Origin: an uncultured Acidobacteriota bacterium | Lineage (GTDB): Bacteria > Acidobacteriota > Vicinamibacteria > Vicinamibacterales > SCN-69-37 | Assembly (NCBI GenBank): GCA_963780855.1 | Contig: CAWADF010000002.1 | Location: forward strand, 207,100 to 271,099 | DNA length: 64,000 nt | Direction of reading: 5' to 3' | Part shown: in pieces, positions 61,717-64,000 of the stretch | Position numbering within the stretch: position 1 is the stretch's first letter | How the letters are laid out: each line of letters starts with the position of its first letter | The notes under the pieces: generated by a model | What the model saw: only the letters and a program-made list of their open reading frames with translations | Database searches by the model: none | Told to the model about the DNA's origin: nothing | Program-made: the position numbers and the translations under genes

Positions 61717-61815
61717 GGCACCAAGCACCGCACGCGACACGGCACCGCCCAGGCACGGCACCAGGCACCGCACCAGGCACGCGCACCCGGCACCTGGCAC
61801 CCGGCACCTGGCACC
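61717..61815. repeat. Right inverted arm (about 100 nt), complement of the 61078-61175 word array
   Basis: GGCACCAAGCACCGCACGCGACACGGCACCGCCCAGGCACGGCACCAGGCACCGCACCAGGCACGCGCACCCGGCACCTGGCACCCGGCACCTGGCACC. Confidence 0.7.
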
Positions 61816-61845
61816 ATCTCGCAGTGCTATATTGATCCTGGCCTG

Positions 61846-63166
61846 ATGTCCCAAGAGGCCCGGTCGCTTTCTGCCGAGCAGTTCCTGCTCACGACACTGG
61901 TCGTCAAGCTGGCCGTCGCGGCCGCGCTGGCGACGTGCTGGTGCGTTTCCGCTGGTTCCGCCGCATCCTGCTCACCGAGAAACGAGACTGGCCCGAGCGG
62001 CTCATCTTCGCCGCCGGACTCGGGCTGCCCCTCGTCGTCGGCGTCGCCTGCCGGCTGCTGCTGCACTACGACGCCGCGGACCTGTCGCTCCCCGGCTCGT
62101 TCCTGGCCGGCCTGATCGCCGGGCCCCTACGCGGGCGCGCTGGTCGGCGCCGCGGTCGGCCTTCCGCCGCTCTTCGCCGGTGAATGGGCGGCCCTGCCCT
62201 TCGCGGTCGGGTGCGGATTTGCCGGCGGCGGCCTGCGGGAGATCTGTCCGAAAGAAGAGATCTGGCGATTCACGCCGTTCTTCGTGACGAAGCTGCACGA
62301 GTCGGCGTGGCGTCTGGTTCGCGCGTTCACCCTCGACTGGCAGGTCATCCTCGTGAGCGCGCCGGTCGCCGCTGGAGGTGCTGCGCCAGACCATCGCGCA
62401 CCGCTACCCGCTCCGGCTGTTCGACTTCGAGCCCACGACCTGGTGGCTGCGGCTGCTGGTGCTGCTCGACACAGTGCTCGGCGTCGCGATCCCCATCAAG
62501 ATCTGGAACAGCGCCCGGATCGAGCATCGCCTCGCGGAGCAGGAGAAGCTGCTGATGGCGGCCCGCGTCGAGGCGCTGGCCAATCAGATCAACCCGCACT
62601 TCCTGTTCAACACGCTGACGTCGATCTCGTCGCTCATCCGGTCGAAGCCTGAGACGGCGCGCATGCTCATCGTCAAGCTGTCGGCGCTGCTGCGGCGCCT
62701 GCTGCGCAGCCAGGAACACTTCGTGACGCTGCGTGAGGAGCTGGACGCCGTGGACGAGTATCTCGACATCGAGCGCGTGCGTTTCGGCCCCAGCCTCGTC
62801 GTCGAAAAGAGATCGACGACGCGAGCCTGGAGGTGGTCGTGCCGAGCATGATCCTGCAGCCGCTGGTCGAGAACTCGATCAAGCACGGACTGGGCCGCAA
62901 GGTCGGCGAAGGCCGCATCACGATTCGATCGTCACGCCGCGCCGGACACGCCGTCATCGAGGTCATCGACAACGGCGTCGGCATCCCGAGCGACCGGCTC
63001 GAATCGACGTCTCGAGCACGGCATCGGCCTGCGCAACGTCAACGAACGGCTGAGCGTGATTTACGGCGCGAACTATGCTCTCAAGCTGAACAGCGTGCCC
63101 GGCGAGGGCACGTCGGCGCGCATCGAGATCCCGGAGCTCCTGGTGTCGGAACGGGCCAGCGCATGA
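61846..63166 (+). CDS. LytS/YehU-type sensor histidine kinase (5TM-Lyt plus His_kinase/HATPase), about 5 frameshifts
   Basis: Multi-TM N-terminus. INPHFLFNTLTSISSLI (the H-box of LytS-type kinases). LREELDAVDEYLDIERVRFG, ILQPLVENSIKHG, DNGVGIP, GIGLRNVNERL. Confidence 0.8.
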
Positions 63167-63954
63167 CCTCAGACGCCCTTCGCGTGCTCGTCGTCGACGA
63201 CGAACAGCTGGCCCGGGAAGAACTGTGCTTTCTGCTGGACCAGATCGGCGGCATCGATCTCGTCGGCCAGGCGGCCGACGGCGTGGAGGCGCTGCGTCTG
63301 GCGGGCGACCTGGTGCCCGATCTGATCTTCCTCGACGTGCAGATGCCCGGCCTCACGGGCTTCGAGGTGGCCCGGCGCCTGGTGCAGGCCGACGTCGAAT
63401 CGCAGCTCGTGTTCGTGACCGCGTTCGACCAGTATGCCGTCGACGCATTTGCGGTCAGTGCCGTGGACTACGTGCTCAAACCGGTGGACGCGGGCCGGCT
63501 CGAGCAGACGGTCGACCGCGTGCGACGCCGGGTCGCGGAAACGCAGGCCGCGCGCCACCCGCTGTCGGCGGCCGATCTGGAACGTGTCGTCGAGGCGGTG
63601 CAGGCGCGGCAGGGCCGCCGCGATCAGCTGGCTATTCGCGTCGGCGAGAAATTCGTGCTCGTGCAGGCGAGCGACGTCGTCCACGCCTCACTCGTGGACG
63701 ATGCCATTCACGTGGTAACAAATTCGGTATCCGGGACGTCTAACTACAGGACGCTCGATGAATTGCAGGGGCGGCTCGACCCCGCAGTTTTTTGGCGCGT
63801 CCACCGGTCGCATCTTGTTAACATTACAAAGATCAAGGAGATCGTGCCCTGGTTCAGCCGGAATTTCCTTCTGAAAATGAGAGACCCGAAGGCGACCGAA
63901 ATCCCGGTCAGCCGGGCGCAAACGAAGCGCCTCCGGGAGTATCTCCAGCTCTGA
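63163..63954 (+). CDS. LytR/AlgR-family response regulator (receiver plus LytTR DNA-binding domain)
   Basis: Intact. LRVLVVDDEQLAREEL, LIFLDVQMPGLTG, VFVTAFDQYAVDAF; LytTR domain FWRVHRSHLVNITKIKEIVPWF. The ATG overlaps the kinase stop. Confidence 0.9.
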   Translation: MTSDALRVLVVDDEQLAREELCFLLDQIGGIDLVGQAADGVEALRLAGDLVPDLIFLDVQMPGLTGFEVARRLVQADVESQLVFVTAFDQYAVDAFAVSAVDYVLKPVDAGRLEQTVDRVRRRVAETQAARHPLSAADLERVVEAVQARQGRRDQLAIRVGEKFVLVQASDVVHASLVDDAIHVVTNSVSGTSNYRTLDELQGRLDPAVFWRVHRSHLVNITKIKEIVPWFSRNFLLKMRDPKATEIPVSRAQTKRLREYLQL

Positions 63955-64000
63955 CGTCCGGCACGCCGGCCGACTCGGACTGGTCGCGGCAGGCGTGGTC

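Overview
High-GC (about 70%) bacterial chromosomal window, probably a soil lineage such as Acidobacteriota or Gemmatimonadota; this taxonomic guess is inference from protein flavour only. Because of the GC content, every frame carries long stop-free shadow ORFs, so genes were called from recognisable protein motifs, not from ORF length.

Gene content, left to right:
- msrQP, a nucleotide-sugar dehydrogenase, an IS630 element and a GH3 beta-glucosidase.
- A TPR protein, an MFS transporter and the mmsA/aminotransferase pair.
- OsmC, then a MerR-controlled two-gene operon.
- SRPBCC protein, esterase and beta-helix lipoprotein, with a divergent radical-SAM gene and an amidohydrolase.
- An IS91-family element placed directly 3' of an intact imuA-imuB-dnaE2 mutagenesis cassette.
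- A large phosphate/polyphosphate neighbourhood: phoB/phoR-like pair, pit plus DUF47, a second response regulator, glgC, sixA, CHAD, ppx, two tandem Tmk-like kinases, pstB and phoU.
- yacG, gltA, an M28 peptidase and a LeuA-like synthase.
- An FHA-GAF-PP2C phosphatase, a rhomboid, a C13-like peptidase and a TPR/HExxH peptidase.
- A KAS / flavin reductase / ICMT lipid-type module with extra methyltransferases and a glycosyltransferase.
- A fused homocysteine methyltransferase/MTHFR, an orphan nuoI and a LytS/LytTR pair.

Most unusual signals:
1. A family of AT-richer imperfect palindromes built from degenerate 6-9 nt tandem words occurs at about 12 loci. There are at least three sequence subfamilies.
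2. Four copies of this family lie in frame inside dnaE2, in the manner of Rickettsia palindromic elements.
3. One copy brackets a four-helix-bundle (23S-IVS-protein-like) gene with about 100-bp inverted arms.
4. Two copies carry IS630 insertions.
5. The IS91 element has a duplicated terminal hairpin module that brackets 1.1 kb of foreign DNA.
6. 11-bp-phased TTACAC/GTAACAC direct repeats (Pho-box-like) lie in front of ppx/CHAD, pstB and the pit/response-regulator promoter.
7. Frameshift density is strikingly uneven: none in 21.3-37.4 kb, but roughly one per 150-250 bp in 37.5-63.2 kb. This looks technical rather than biological.

No rRNA, tRNA or CRISPR array was seen.
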